The notes: a model not told the origin generated them from the letters alone. A DNA stretch of 64,000 nt from the human T2T-CHM13v2.0 reference genome, Homo sapiens (GCF_009914755.1 NC_060926.1), one strand, 5' to 3'. Counted from the stretch's first letter, positions 31,388 through 52,837 are shown. Program-made: numbers and translations.

Positions 31388-32878
31388 GAAGAAGGAAGCA
31401 CTATGAAAAGGTTTATTTCAAATCATTTCATGCATAATTATCATCACGTCTTCATGTTATTTATTTGACTGCCTGTCTTGGTAACAGAGTTCCTGTTCCT
31501 CTACAGTCGAGCCTGATTTTATTTCTTAGGCAAGAGGAAGAGGTTATTCCAAGATGGCTGAATAGGAACAGCTCCAGTCTGCAGCTCACGGTGAGATCAA
31601 CGCAGAAGACGGGTGATTTCTGCATTTCCACCTGAGGTACCTGGCTTATCTCATTGGGACTGGTTAGACAGTTGGTGCAGCCCACAGAGGGCAAGCTGAA
31701 GCAGGGTGGGGCGTTGCCTCACAGAGAAAAGCAAGGGGTCAGAGAATTCCCTCTCTTAGCCAAGGGAAGCTGTGAGGGATCGTGCTGTGAGTAATGGTGC
31801 ACTCCAGCCTAGATACTATGCTTTTAACATGGACTACGCAAGCTGCAGACCAGGAGATTCTCTTGGGTGCCTATGCCACCAGGGCCCTGGGTTTCAAGCA
31901 TAAAACGAAGTGGCCGGTTCACCAGACACCGAGCTAGCTACAAGAGTTTTTTTTCATACCCCAGTGGCAGTGGAACACCAGCGACACAGAATCATTTACT
32001 CCCCTGGAAAGGGGCTGAAGCCAAGAAACCAAAGGGGCTGGCTCAGCGGATCCCACTCCCATGGAGCCCAGCAAGCTAAGATCCACTGGCTTGAAATTCT
32101 CGCTGCCAGCACAGCAGTCTGAAGTTGACCTGGGATGCTCGAGCTTGGTTGGGGGAGGGGCATCCGCCATTCCTGAGGCTTGGGCAGGCAGTTTTTCCCC
32201 TCACAGTGTACACAAAGCCGCTGGGAAGTTTGAACTGGGTGGAGCCACTGCAGTTCAGCAAAGCCACTATGGCAAGACTGCCTCTCTAGATTCCTCCTCT
32301 CTGGGCAGGGCATATCAGAAAGAAAGGCAGCAGCCCCAGTCAGGGGCTTATAGATAAAACTCCCATCTCCCTGGGACAGAGCACCTGGGGGAAGGGGTGG
32401 CTGTGGGCACAGCTTCAGCGGACTTAAATGTTCCTGCCTGCCGGCTCTGAAGAGAGCAGTGGATCTCCCAGGATGGCCCTCAAGCTCTGCTAAGGGACAG
32501 ACTGCCTCCTCAAGTGGGTCCCTGACCCCTATGCCTCCTGACCAGGAGACACCTCCCAGCAGGGGTCAACAGATACCTCATACAGGAGAGCTCCTGCTGG
32601 TATCTGGTGGGTGCCCCTCTGGGACAAAACTTCCAGAGGAAGGAACAGGCAGCAATCCTTGCTGTTCTACAGCCTCCGCTGGTGATACCCAGGCAAACAG
32701 GGTCTGGAGTGTACCTCCAGCAAAATCCAGCAGACCTGCAGCAGAGAGGCCTGACTGTTAGAAGGAAAACTAACAAACAGAAAGGAATAGCATCAACATG
32801 AACAAAAAGAGCATCCACACAGAAACCCCATCCACAGGTCACCAATATCAAAGACCGAAGGTAGATAAATCCCCGAAG

Positions 32879-33901
32879 ATGAGGAAGACCAGTGCAAAAA
32901 GGCTGGAAAGTCCAAAAACCAGAATGCCTCTTCTCCTCCAAAGGATCACAACTCTTTACCAGCAGGGAACGAAACTGGACAGAGAATGAGTTTGACAAAT
33001 TGACAGACGTAGACCTCAGAAAGTGGGTAATAACAAACTGCTCCAACCTAAAGGAGCATGTTCTAACCCAATGCAAGGAAGCTAAGAACCTTGAAAAAAG
33101 GTTAGAGGAATTGCTAACTACAGTAACCAGTTTAGAGAAGAACGTAAATGACCTAATGGAGGTGAAAAATACAGCAGGAGAACTTCATGAAGCATTCGCA
33201 AGTATCAATAGCCAAATCGATCAAGCAGAAGAAAGGATATCAGAGATTGAAGATCAACTTAATGAAATAAAGCATGAAGACAAGACTAGAGAAAAAAGAA
33301 TGAAAAGGAGTAAAGAAAACCTCCAAGAAATATGGGACTATGTGAAAATACCAAATCTATGTTTGATTGGTATACCTGAAAGTGATGGGGAGAGTGGAAC
33401 CAAGTTGGAAAACACTCTTCAGGATATTATCCACAAGAACTTCTCCAACTTAGCAAGACAGGCCAACATTCAAATTCAGGAAATACAGAGAACACCACAA
33501 AGCTACTCCTCGAGAAGAGCAACTCCAAGACACATAATTATAAGATTCACCAAGGTTGAAATGAAGGAAAAGATGTTAAGGGCAGCCAGAGAGAAAGGTC
33601 GGGTTACCCACAAAGGGAAGACCATCAGACTAACAGCGGATCTCTCTGCAGAAACCCCACAAGCCAGAAGAGAGTGGGGGCCAATATTCAACATTCTTGA
33701 AGAAAAGAATTTTCAACCCAGAATTTCATATCCAGCCAAAATAAGCTTCATAAGTGAAAGAGAAATACAACCCTGTACAGACAAGCAAATACTGAGAGAT
33801 TTTGTCATCACCAGGCCTGCCTTACAAGAGCTCCTGAAGGAAGCACTAAATATGAAAGGAAAAACCGGTACCAGCCACTGCAAAAACATACCAAATTGTA
33901 A
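32879..33901 (+). pseudogene. L1 ORF1p, frameshifted
   Basis: ORF track 32892-33965 is ORF1p-like (NWTENEFD...RATPRHIIIRF...YPAKISF); frameshifts lie near both ends. Confidence 0.9.
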
Positions 33902-33964
33902 AGACCATCGACACTATGAAGAAACTGCCTCAACTAACGGGAAAAATAACCAGCTAGCATCATA

Positions 33965-37804
<3,840 letters not shown>

Positions 37805-38015
37805 AAAATGAGAACACAGGGACACAGGGAGGGGAACGTCACACACTTGGGCCTGTCAGGGGGTGGGGGCCTAGGGGAGGGATGGCATTCGGAGAAATAC
37901 CTATTGTAGATGACAGGTTGATGGGTGAGCAAACCACCATGGCACGTGTATACCTATGTAACCTGCACATTCTGCAGATGTATCCCAGAACTTAAAGTAT
38001 AATTTTAAAAAAAAA

Positions 38016-38086
38016 GAGGGAGAAGAGGGAGAAGGGGAAGAAGAAGGAGAAGAAGAGGAAGAAGGAGGGGGAGGAGGAGGAGGAAG
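38016..38086. repeat. GA-rich low-complexity tract at the L1 tail
   Basis: Read directly from the sequence. Confidence 0.85.
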
Positions 38087-39741
38087 CTTCTGGAGGACCC
38101 ATCACACCAAGCCCAAGGACCAGCACAAAAAAGACACAATGGGCCACTTTAGAAGCTGTGCTTTCCAAGAGGGCTTTGTCGTCCATGTTCCTCTGCTGTC
38201 TTCTGAAAAGTAAAGATAAGTGGGAAGAAAGGTGGGAGCTCCTCCAGGGAGAGCTGCCAAATTCAGCTCCAGATACTTTTCCAGCCCCTTTCACATTTGC
38301 ATGGGGCCCTGGTGAGAGAGAGAGAAAGAGAGAGAGAGAGACACTATACATTATTTCCGTATTGCTGTTACTGTTTTGGGCAGAGTCAGGGGAGAAGAGG
38401 AAGAAAAGAGAAGAAATGACTCTGTTCTCACCAGCAGAAACCTTAACTGGTTAATGTAATACAGGAGTGTAAGAATTTGTTCTTTCCACTAAAGAGAAAA
38501 CAAGGCCACGCATTCCCAATTATATGCTCACAAAGGGCAGCCAGGGAGTGCAGTTCTTGGCAGCAGCAGGATTTATGACTTGCCTTCAGCATTGCCCATC
38601 ACAGAGGGGATTTTGCTGGGGACATGGGCAGCCAGAGGTAGTGGGTGCTCGGTCACTAGTGGGATGCTACACAGCAGCCACTGAAGGAGTCCCAGTCCAC
38701 CCTTCCCCAGGCCTCAAGAGCAGAGGCAACTGCCGGCCCTTCCCCCATCCTGTGATCCACATCTCTAACCCCTCCAAAGCATCCAACTCACATCAGAATA
38801 AAAGGACCGGGACATATGACACTTCTAAAAGTTATCACCTCCTGCTAAAATATGTTTTTTTGGGAAAAAAAAAGTTACCAATTACCAAAAATAAAGAAAC
38901 CTCGTTAAGGAAAAGACAAGCTCCACAGCACCTCCACCCACCCCACCCCCCGCCACCAATATACACACTAAACCCAACTATAAGTTTCCCTACCCTGCTC
39001 AATTCCTCTACACAAAGAAGCATGCAGTGTATATTTAATACAGGTTTCTCCTCAGAGGTAGCTGATGAACACAGAAGTCAGAAAACCTAACTCAAACATG
39101 ACTTTCCAAAGAAAGGAGAAAAAAAGTATGATTGTCTTTGCTGTTGTTTTCTTAACTTACAGAGTTCTCTCCTTTTTAATATTCTAGTGTTCTTAAATCA
39201 ATCACTTTGGATTTAGAGTTATTGTGAGGGTTCAAGGCTTATCACAAGAAGTATCTCAAATAAATAGTGGATCCACTGCTGTCTGATCAGTATGCATAAT
39301 TTAAGGACCTTTAAACAGGAAAAAAAAAAACTAATTCAGGCTTCACTAATTCAAAATTAGTGATAATGCAAAGTACCCTTCAAACTTCAGTCTGAATCAA
39401 GTAAGTGTGGCTTACTAAACAACTGGAAAGATTAGAGATGGACGGTTTAAGCCATTTAAGATGACAAACTATCTTCACACTCTTCAACAGCATTGCCTTG
39501 CGTGTAATTTGTGCCATTAAGGTAGGAATTAGAAATGAGCCTTATCTCTATATCAAGCAGGTCAATCAAGACTAGCTATAATTAGCAACCAGTGATAATA
39601 TATGCTGCTAAAATACCTGCCCTTCATTTCAAACATTTCATCCTTCATTCTTTTTGTTATTTCAAGGGGATCTTCTCAGGAATTACTATTTTTTACTATA
39701 TAGCATCATCCGCGCACAGCAAGACATCAAAAGGTGCTCAC

Positions 39742-39901
39742 CTCTGAGTCTTTGGCCTGCTGATTACGAATGACTATCAAATTGTACAGGGTTCTGTCGT
39801 CGTCTGCCTCTGTGTGGGACACATCATGGGGCATACTCCATAAATTCTTCTCATCATCCCTCACCAGAGTTGCTCCAAATGAGGAATATGGATTGTTATC
39901 A
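39742..39901 (-). CDS. MREG: Melanoregulin coding exon 2 (S-DNNPYSSFGATLVRDDEKNLWSMPHDVSHTEADDDRTLYNLIVIRNQQAKDSE)
   Basis: Polypyrimidine tract plus CAG acceptor ending at 39902, and donor GAG|GTGAGC. The 160 nt complete the AG+T Ser codon from exon 1 and continue the MREG protein in frame. Confidence 0.97.
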
Positions 39902-40213
39902 CTGTTGTATAAAAAAAGGAAAGATTGGGGTTTTATAATATACATAAAATGTTATATGTCATATGCATGCAACATACAATATCAATTAAAACTTATACTA
40001 TGTAATATATAAATATATTGTCAAAAAGGTCTGAATTGTCTTTAATAATTAAGCATAACACAACAGAGCAGTAAAAACAAACCAAAAATATAAATAAATC
40101 ACTTTAAAAAGAACAGAGAACAGACGTACCTGAGCAGAGGTAATTACTACAGTTAAATATGAAATTCAGCACTGAGTACCCCAGAAGCTAAGACAACAAA
40201 GGAAATTCAATTC

Positions 40214-40538
<325 letters not shown>

Positions 40539-41403
40539 TAAAAGAAGAAAACAATTAACATGAAGGGATGAATGTTTGACTGGCTCTGAGTTCAAGGAAG
40601 CATAGTAAACTTGGAGTACAATGATATATAATAGCTATCAAATTCCTTATGCCAGGAAAATTAAGTAATAAACATGCGTACCCAAAGACTTTCAATAAAC
40701 AAGGCAGAATGTTGAGTGAGAATTTCAGTAGTCCCATTCTGTACATTTGTTTTATGATTTATGCCTTATAAGGTGGTACCTGGGTGTGGACTTACAGAGA
40801 AGATTAGTGACAGAGCATCACATCTGGGGCATGCCTGCACACAGCCCCAATTAACTTCTGTAACCCCCAGTTGACTTCTGTGGGAAGGACTGGTAGGGTC
40901 ATACAGAAGCTATTCACTTCATCTAGTAATATGTATAAAGCACTGACTACATGCTAATCACAGGGCTCAATAAAATTGTGAGCAAAACAGACATCATCCC
41001 TGTCCTTGGACCTCACTAGAGTCTAGCATGGGAAACACATTAATGAATGATCACATGACTATAAAATAAAAATTGTGATAAGTGCCATTAAGTGGGAGCT
41101 CAGGAGGCCATGAGAACATATGCAAGCTGCTAAGAGAAAATCCTTATGAAGGCAGGTGTCAGGTAGGTGTCATGAAGAAGAGGTGCTGGAGCTTTAAGTG
41201 GAAAAACAAGAACAGAGTTGCAGGCAGAGGAAACAGCATCTTCAAAGGCATGGGGTGGAAGGAAACAGGAAATGTTAAGATGTCAATATGGGATGCTCAG
41301 AAGTTGGCACTAAGGAAATTTTGCAACAGGAAGCAAAGTGCCAGTCCCCAGATTGGGGTTCAGCAGCAGGAACCCACCCAGCTAGGGAGGGGCTCCAGCC
41401 CTA

Positions 41404-41936
<533 letters not shown>

Positions 41937-44900
41937 TCAGAAGTTTAGGGTCTGGGACTGAACAAAGTACCTGGCCCTATGGGGAAAGGTGCAGATGATG
42001 GGAAATCAGACACAGCTCAGGCACACTATGCTCAGAACCACGCTGTTTTTACTGATTAATACCACAAAAGCTAGAACACAGGCAGCCCCACAGCCTGACT
42101 CTTCCTAAGAATGATGAACCAGTGAAAGAGGAGGAAAATGATGCCTTTGGGCCCTGCCCATGTGAACTTTTATGAGCATGTCAAATTCATTCATTCCATT
42201 GTTTGTTTATTCAACAAATGTGGAATAAATGCCTGCTGTATACTGAGTACCGGGCTGGGTGCCATGGGGACATGAAGATAAATAGGACATTGTCTCTGCC
42301 CTTAACATAACTATAATGCAATGAGATCAGTACATTTTTTTTAAAAAAAGTCTACACAGATTGTTGTAGGAACAAACAGGAAGAAGTGATACGTTATGTA
42401 TGATGAGAAGGAAGTTCAAGAACTAACCAGACCTGAGGACTGAACAGGCTTCCACCAGGAAGAGAAACAAGGGCAGAGTTATTCCTTGTAGAAGGATCAG
42501 CTCAAGCCAAAGCAGTATATGGAGGCTTCAGGAGCCCACGGGGTTGGGGAATCGAAGTATTCCTGCATGACTGCAGCACGTGGTGTGCGGAGCAAGGAAA
42601 ATGGAGAGACATGAAGAAGAAAAGGTAACGTGGGGTCAGACTAAAAGTAGTGCTGGTGTCCAAGCTTCATTCTGTGAACTGCAACATTATCAACAGGATT
42701 TTGAGCCCTGTCAGGTCTGGATTTTAGAGAAATAACTCTGGGTGAAGGAAGAACAAGAAGATGGCTTAGGAGGGTGTCACAATCAACTGTCACACGGGAG
42801 TAGGTGTAATTTTCAAGCCATGCTCTTTGAGGTCCTGGTGTCAGGGGGCCTTGGGACCACAGTGGGGCAGAAGTAGAGAAAGAGATGGGCAGGGCTTCTC
42901 TGGAAGAGATAGAAAGAAGCCCATGAACCAACCACAACCAGAGCAGCTTCTCCATTCAAATAGTCTTTGTTAGAGCTAGAAGGAAGATTGTTTGAGGTAC
43001 AGGAAAAATGGGGTTCTACTGCTAAACAAATACATAATTTTGAACATTCTGAAATTATGATTGAGATAAAAGTAAGCGAGGTTGAGAGCGAGGGAAATAG
43101 CAGTGAGAGTGGAAATGAGGACCGATTCCAGCAGCATCAGAGAGCGGGTGACAGCAGCCCATGGTGGGAGGCACAGAGGTACCAGCGAAGGTGACGCCTT
43201 CAACTGTAACACATGGGGCAGAAGCCACGGCTGACATGATGAGCCTGCAGGATGTTCAGGGGGATGTCAGGGATCTGGGTTTAGGAGCAAGGACAGGGCA
43301 GAGATCTAGATGTGGGAGCAATACGCAGCATTTCATGGCATCACAGAAGCAGGTCAGAGAATCAGAAGAATGGTCTTAGGGGATTTGGAGAGGGAAGAGA
43401 ATAGGTGAGTCAAGAAAGAGAGATCAGGCAGGACAAAGAGCAGGTGGACACCGGAGAAGTGTCGATAACATGAAAGATGCTGACTCCAATTTCTTTCTGC
43501 AGCCAATGATATGCAACCACTGCATAATATATTCAGGGCTTGAGCCAAGGGCTCCTGCATTCCACCCCTCACGTTACACAAGCATCTAAGGTAAGAAGGA
43601 TGGGTGGCATTGGCCTACTTTGCAGATAGGGACAAGAATACTGCAGTGCTTGACTTCTTCTGGGCCAGACAGCCAGCTGACAGTCCCCCCAACATGAGTT
43701 CCTGGGTGGGGATCTCGGAGGAGCCACTGTTATATAACTCAACATCCAAATGCTGTGACAGGGATGCACTCACAGTGAAGTAGCTCAGATAATAACTACC
43801 TGTGTGGATGCTCCCTGTACAAACCAGCAGGTTCCCCTGTGGCTTGTCCCCAGGATGCACTCTCCTTGAGTCACCCAGACCTGGCACAGAGCTTCCACCA
43901 AGAGCTGCAACCATGGCTTCCAACATCACAATAACTGCACCTCTGGAGCAATGAAACCCTGGTACTTTTCCTGGCATTGGTCTTCCATCTTCCCCCAGAT
44001 GTGTTTCATTTCTATGTCTTGTCTCCTCAACAGGTGGGTCAGTTCCTCTAGGGCAGGGGTTGTATCCAGTATTTCTTCTACATTTCTACATTTCTTCCCC
44101 ACATCACCTAGCAGGGTCCTAGGACACAGCAGTTGCCTTAAAAGTACTTGTTGAACGCAACAAACTGTGCTGTGATCCCAATCTGCTGAAGGAAATCCCA
44201 GACATAACTCATGGTTACCGCCTTTTAAAAATTTCCCTAAAGCAGGAGCTTTAGAAAGGAGCCAGTATGTACCTGAAAAATCAGTAAAAATAACGTTAGA
44301 CCATGAATAATCTAGCCACCTTTTACTTTACTAAGCCACAATTTATTTTCCTATTTTAAAATGACGATCTCAGCTGCCTCCCTGGCCAATTCCCAACCCT
44401 CTCACAACCTCTCTCTCTGTCTCTCTGTCCCTCCTCTCTCTAGCTGTCTCTGTCTCTCTTTCCTGTCTCTTGCTCTCTCTCACTATCACTTCTTTTCCTC
44501 TTTATTTCTCCTCTCCTCTCTCTAGCTGTCTCTGCATCTCTGTCTTTCCTCTCTTTTTCTCGCTTATCACATCCATCCACACACATACATGCATGACTTC
44601 AGCCAGCATAAAACACCAGCCTCTCGTCCTTAATCCACAAGCCCAAGTAAAGCTCTATAGGAAGGTCAACCCCAGCCTGTTTAGAAGTGCCCATGTCTCC
44701 AGAAGGTGAGTGCCTCCTGGGTTCTCACCATATCTAGCCCTGCCCTAATTAGAAGCAGTATTCCCCTAACAAGCCTCCAACTCTGCCTAGCCACTGATAT
44801 TCAGGGGATGATGTAAATCAGGAAAGAGAACCAACCGCTGTGCCCCTGGACCGGCAATGCCTCCCAGCAGTGGTATTCTCTGCGAGCTCCTGGGCCCTCC

Positions 44901-46157
44901 CCAGCAGGATCTGACCTGCTCGTGGCTACGAAGCAGCCTCCTCCACTCTGCCCCTCTGCCTCTCCAGACCCAGACCTGGCTCCTGCTTTGTTCTTATTCA
45001 GTAATTGCAAGCTTTCTTTGGGGCATAGGAAAGGTGGGGTGCCACTGTTAAATAAATAAACAAAGAACTTTTTTCAAAATATTAGTGAAAATGCGCAGGG
45101 GCTGTGAGCTCATTCAGCAGCATCAGAAGCATCTGTGAGAGTTGGCCTGGCTCACCAGATCCTGGGTCCCGTTCTCTGGGCCTGCCCCTTTCACTCCTGC
45201 ACAGCCACCAGGTCAAGGTATCAAGCCACATTGTTTTAAAACTTTTAACCCTTTGGACAGAGAAACTAGAACAGAGAGAAGCCTACAGCAAATGGCCTAA
45301 AGAGAAGCACCTTTGGAACCTCTATGTATCCCAGACCACGAAGGGCTCTGGGGCCTGTGTCAACAGAATTTAGTGCAAAGGCCTGGGGGTCTGGGCCTGA
45401 AAACCCCTGGGAGGACAGATGGCGGGAAACAGACCATAAGTCAGAAGGTTCCCTTTCTCTCCCTCCCCCATATCATGAGTTCTAAAAGGCTCTAAAGAAA
45501 GTGAGAGTGGTTGTGTTTCCCCTGGCCACCACCTGCTGATGATAAATATTTTATTAACATCAGGCATTTGAGAGGTGGCTCTGATATTACACACTAAGCT
45601 GCTTTTACTCTCAAAAGGTAGGGTAAGATTTCACCCTTAATCCCACCCAGGGGCTCAAGACCCAATCAATCCAGAGTCTTTTCTTTCAACATGATATAAA
45701 AAAGAGACAAATGTTTGTAAGTACTAACTTCTGCCTGGGGATATGGCTGCAAAGTGCTAGTCAGCATTGAAGCTATTTACCGAGAGTTCCTCAGGATTCC
45801 TCACTACTAACAAGGGCTGCATGTAAAAGACCTTGGAAGGCTCCACGAAATACAGTGCACACAGGCTGGCCTCTGACACCGGCAGTTCCAGTGACTTTAC
45901 TGCTCTCCCCACAGGCCATGTGGCAGTGGCCACTAGCTTAAGACTGAAACTCTGAAAACAGCAAAGAAAGAAAATCTCCAGTCAACAGCAACCAACGGTC
46001 CAGAAAAACAGGCTGCCAGGTCCACACCCTTGACACTCACAGACTTTTGGTTTGATTTCCTGCTAGGAAGTCGCTGGCCTGCTACCCCCCTGGCTTCAAG
46101 ACCTTTCCCTTCTTCCCTCTATTGAGACCTCCCTGGGATGGAGCAGGTGAACCTAAG

Positions 46158-46440
46158 ATCTTCTCCCTCTCCATCCTCGCCTTGCTTCCCTCCCCATTCT
46201 CCTTCTTTGTCTTTCCTTCAGTCCCTCCTTTCTCCCTCTCCTCTTTTCTTTCTTTTTTCTTTCTTCCCCCTCTCTCTTCCTCCCCTTTCTTTGTTTTTCT
46301 CTCTCCCTGTCCTTCTCTTTCTGTCTCTCTTCTCTCTTTCTCTCCCTCTCCTCCTCTCTCCTTTTTCCTTCTCTCTCATTCTCTCTTTCCTTCTCTCTCT
46401 CTTTTCTCTCTTTCTGTCTCTCCTTCCTTTGTTCTTTCTG
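46158..46440. repeat. CT-rich polypyrimidine low-complexity tract
   Basis: About 280 bp almost entirely C/T on the + strand. Confidence 0.9.
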
Positions 46441-46914
46441 ATACTGGTTTTCTCTTACCTAGTCGATCCAGTGTTTAAACATGTCTTATCCCCAAGTTTA
46501 TTTCTTATGTTTTTAATTTATTTTTTATTTTTTGAAACAGAGTCTTGCTGTGTTGCCCAAGCTGGGGTGTCGGGGGGCGATTGTTCCATTAGTTCCAGCG
46601 CTTTCCTCAGCACTCGCCACCTACACTCATGACCTCCTTCAGCCCCAGAGATGTGACCTGCCTCAGTGTGAAGGAAGAAAAGCCCTGGGCACCCCTTTCC
46701 TGGCATCCCACTCTGATGTGCTCCTACCATTTGGGCTTTCTATTCTCACGCTGAGGCAGAGCCCCATATGATGCTGCTTCACACATCTGTGCCCTGCTTT
46801 CAAGGCTCGAAGACGGTCCTGACAGGCACCCTGTGAAGCCAGCACTGTTGTGTCATCCAGCTAAGGAAACACGAGGGCTCAGGAGGAAGACCCAGTCCTT
46901 GGTGTCTCCTCTGC

Positions 46915-48052
46915 TTTCATTCACACCTGGTCACTTCATCTAGTGCCATGCCTTTAAACATCATCTACATGAGGAAGATTCCCGAATCGGAATCCCCAGC
47001 TCAGTACTCTCTCCCAAATTTCAAATTTCCCATCTCCGCTGGGATGTCTCACAGACAACACAAGCTCAGTGTGGTCCCGACCAAGCACCTGATCTTCCCG
47101 CTAAACCCATCCACAGGCTCCCCACTCAGATGATGGCAACTCCATCCTTCCCATTGCTCAGGCCAAGACCCTTGACGGCATCCCCCACTCCCTCATCCCC
47201 TATATCTATCCATCAGAAAATCCTATTGGTCCACATTCAAAAAATATCCACCTCTACCACTACACCCTGAGCCAAGGCTTTTTATGTTTTGCATAAGAAT
47301 TTCTACTGTTGTCTCTTTTACCCAGTTATTTCTTTCTATTCTTAACACAACAGCCAAAGTGATCCTTTTAATATGTAAATCAGATCATGTCATCCCTCAG
47401 CTCAAAACCTGCCAGTGGCTAACCCATTTGGCCTAGAGGATAAGCCAAAGTCCTGCAGTGGTCCCCAGGCCTGCAGTGACAGTCCACCACCCTGCCCTCT
47501 TCAGTTCCCTGAACCCATTAGTCAAGTCACACTTTGACCTCAGGGCCCTTGCACTGGCTGATCTCCATCTACCTAGAATGTTTTTCTCCTGACAGCCACG
47601 TCCTCACTCCTCCCTCTCCTTCAAGTCTTTGTTTAAACACCACCTCCTCAACAAGGCCTGCCCTGACCAACCTATTTAAAATTGCAAACATGCTCCCTCC
47701 CTTGCTCTACTTTTGTTTCCTACACACTTATTTATCTCCTAGTTTACTTATTATGTTTCCTGTTTATTGGGCTCCCCAACACTACCGCCACCACCACTAG
47801 AACAAAAGCCACGAGGACAGGGATCTGTATCTACTTTGCTCAGTGATGTATCTCAAGTACTTAAAACAGTGCCTAACAGGAGAATCACTTGAACCCGGGA
47901 GGCGGAGGTTGCAGTGAGCAGAGATAATGCCAATGCACTCCAGCCTAAACGACAGAGTTAGACTCTGCCTCAAAAAAAACAAAAAAACAAACAAACAAAA
48001 AAAACCTGTGCCTGGCACATAGTAAATGCTCAATAAATATTTGCTGAACCAA
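46915..48052 (+). mobile_element. L2 (LINE-2) 3' region, interrupted by an Alu right-arm fragment (47877-48004)
   Basis: CAGATCATGTCA..CTCAGCTCAAAACC, CAGGGCCCTTGCAC, and terminal GTGCCTGGCACATAGTAAATGCTCAATAAATATTTG. Confidence 0.75.
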
Positions 48053-48871
48053 TGCACTCTTGTTTCCCAAGTTCACAGGGCTCTAAACTGTAGAGATGAG
48101 TATGACTCTGTGTCTTCAAGCTCACAGACAAGCTCCTAACATTTTTTTTAGCTGTTTAAATTTATGAAAATTGGCCTTACAGTCTTGTGGGAGGAAGCAG
48201 ATGATAAGCACATATGTTTACGCCATGTGACATTCAGAACTGTAAAGAAATACATAGTGAGTAAGGGACACAGTGAAGGGTGGGGCACTGTTTTAAGAGA
48301 GTGGTCAGGGTAGAATGTTCTGATAAAATGACTTTGAGAAGAGATCTAAATAAAGTGAAGGAGTTATCCACACAGAAAACTAGAGAAAGAGTCTTCAAGG
48401 CAGGGCAGGCAGAAAGTGCAGAGGCGCTGAGGCAGGGGTGTGGGTGGTATATTTGAGGAACCAGGGGAAGCCAGTATGACTGAGAGATGAATAATTAATT
48501 TCACCTTATATGCTGACTTTAAACCATACTTAATAGCCCAAAACTGGAAACCACCCAAAAGTCCACCAAGAGTAGAATAGGGGAACAAAATGGAATACAG
48601 TCTAAAGCAATAAGGACCATGAACAAGGCTACATACAACAACACGGAGGAATCTCACAAAGCTCCACCAACAAAGTGAGTTCTATGAGAACACACAGTTT
48701 GATCCCATTTATGCAAAGTTTAAAGGCAGGCAAAACAAAAGTACATCTTTAAGGTGCACACATAGGTGGGAAAGCTAGAAGTCTAGACATGATCAAGGAG
48801 GAGATAAGGGGCTGGCAATAGCTATCTCTTGCCATGGAGGTGGTTACACGAGTATTCACTTTCTAGTTATT

Positions 48872-49180
48872 CTTTTTTTTTTTTTTTTTTTTTTTTGAGA
48901 CAGGTTCTAGCTCTGTCACCCAGGCTGGAGTGCAGTGGCACAGTCTTGGCTCACTGCAGCCTCTGCTTCCCAGCTTCAAGTGATTCTTCTTCCTCAGCCT
49001 CCAGAGTAGCTGGGATTATAAGTGCCGCCACCACACCAAGCTAATTTTTTTGTAGTTTGAGTAGACACAGGGTTTCACCATGTTGGCCAGGCTGGTCTCA
49101 AACCCCTGACCTCAAGTGATGCACCTGCCTCGGCCTCCCAAAGTGTTGGGATTACAGGTGTGAGCCAACCATGCCCAGCC
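48872..49180 (-). mobile_element. Alu (AluS-like)
   Basis: TSD TAGTTATTCTTT. Confidence 0.92.
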
Positions 49181-50583
49181 TATAGTTATTCTTTATACTG
49201 AACATATTTGTGTATGTTTTTTGTCTGTAATATCACACATTGGAACACAAGTTTTTAAAAGATTTTTGTAAAAAAAAAAAAAAAAAAAGCTAAGTAAGAG
49301 CCAATTCAGGACAGTGTCAAACAGTTCAGGGGTTCTTTTGTTGCACACTATGTCACCAAAATTATTTCCTAAAAGGGCACAAAAGAATAGAGTGCATGGT
49401 ATATAACTGTCACAAAACAAAGATTTATTAACCAGACTAAAATGACTTCAGGTGCTAACAGAATAAACTATTTTACCCAGCATTTAAGCAGAGTTTATAC
49501 TTTTTAAACATAGGTGGTGTAGTGATAAAATCACTTCAAGAGTCTAGAGAATAAAAAGTTGCAAGAAACTCTCACATGATGTGTAGGAGAAAGAAATTTC
49601 ATCTTCTCGGGAACTTCCAATGGCACTATGACTAATGCAAGTCACAAAAAGAGAAGAGGGACGCTGTGGCTTGCCGGGGAAGAAAACCTTTAAAAGTCAT
49701 CCTTGTGAATTTTGGACAGCTGACTTCTTATAAAGAGCTTCCCTCCTACGCGTTGGGCCTAAAGCCCAGTCCCTGGGACAGCACTCATGCACCTCTGGCC
49801 CTCCCCTATCACTCCCCTGTCTTTCAAGAAGGCAAAAGCACCAGCCTTGCAATGGGAATCTTCCAGCCAGGGCACTTTCCTTCAGTAAAAACCCTTTGTG
49901 CCCCTGCAGGCACTTCCTGTGAATCATTGTCCGGCCCCGGAGCTACCGGCTTTGCAAACTGCAGGTTTCTGCAGGAAGCCACAGATGAGGTGTGCCAATC
50001 TGCCCAATCTGCTCAGAGACCTGGCTCCGGAAAACCCAATAGTATGTGCTGGGAAAAAAGTCAGGCCATCTGGGCCCCGGTCTGAGAAATCTCACTGACA
50101 TAAACGTACTCGTCAACTTTCTAAAAGCCCTTCCAATGGGGAGAAGACGATTTGGTCAGCTCCAAGGTCATGTGAGTCCACACTGTAAAATGAAAAACCC
50201 TACAAATGTAAAAGATTATTATACTTCTAGAGTTGGTGGTGATTCCCTTTTACATGTTGTGAGCCCTCCCTTACGCCCACCCTTCTTTCCCACTGGCACC
50301 TGGTTTCCCTAGCTTCAATGCAGGAAAAGACCCAGTGTTTCTGGACCCTGGGCTATAACAATTCAGGGAAAGATTCAAACTCCAAACACAACTTCTAACA
50401 CACACCACGTAAGCAGCTAGTTCCATACCTCTCTGCACACCAGAAGGGCTCTGCTCTTTCTATGGCATTGAAATCTACTAGCATATGAATCCCAGTTCGA
50501 CCACGTGTGCCTCTAAGCAAGTTACTGAAGTTCTCTGTGTCTCAGTCTCCTCAATGGCCAACTGGGGATGGTGGACATAATTA

Positions 50584-52837
<2,254 letters not shown>

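Noticed and set aside
38524-39090. 188-aa plus-strand ORF
   Set aside because: No domain-like features or splice support; consistent with a chance ORF antisense to intron 2.
46122-46632. Hydrophobic Leu/Ser/Phe ORFs resembling membrane proteins
   Set aside because: Translation of the CT-rich low-complexity tract.
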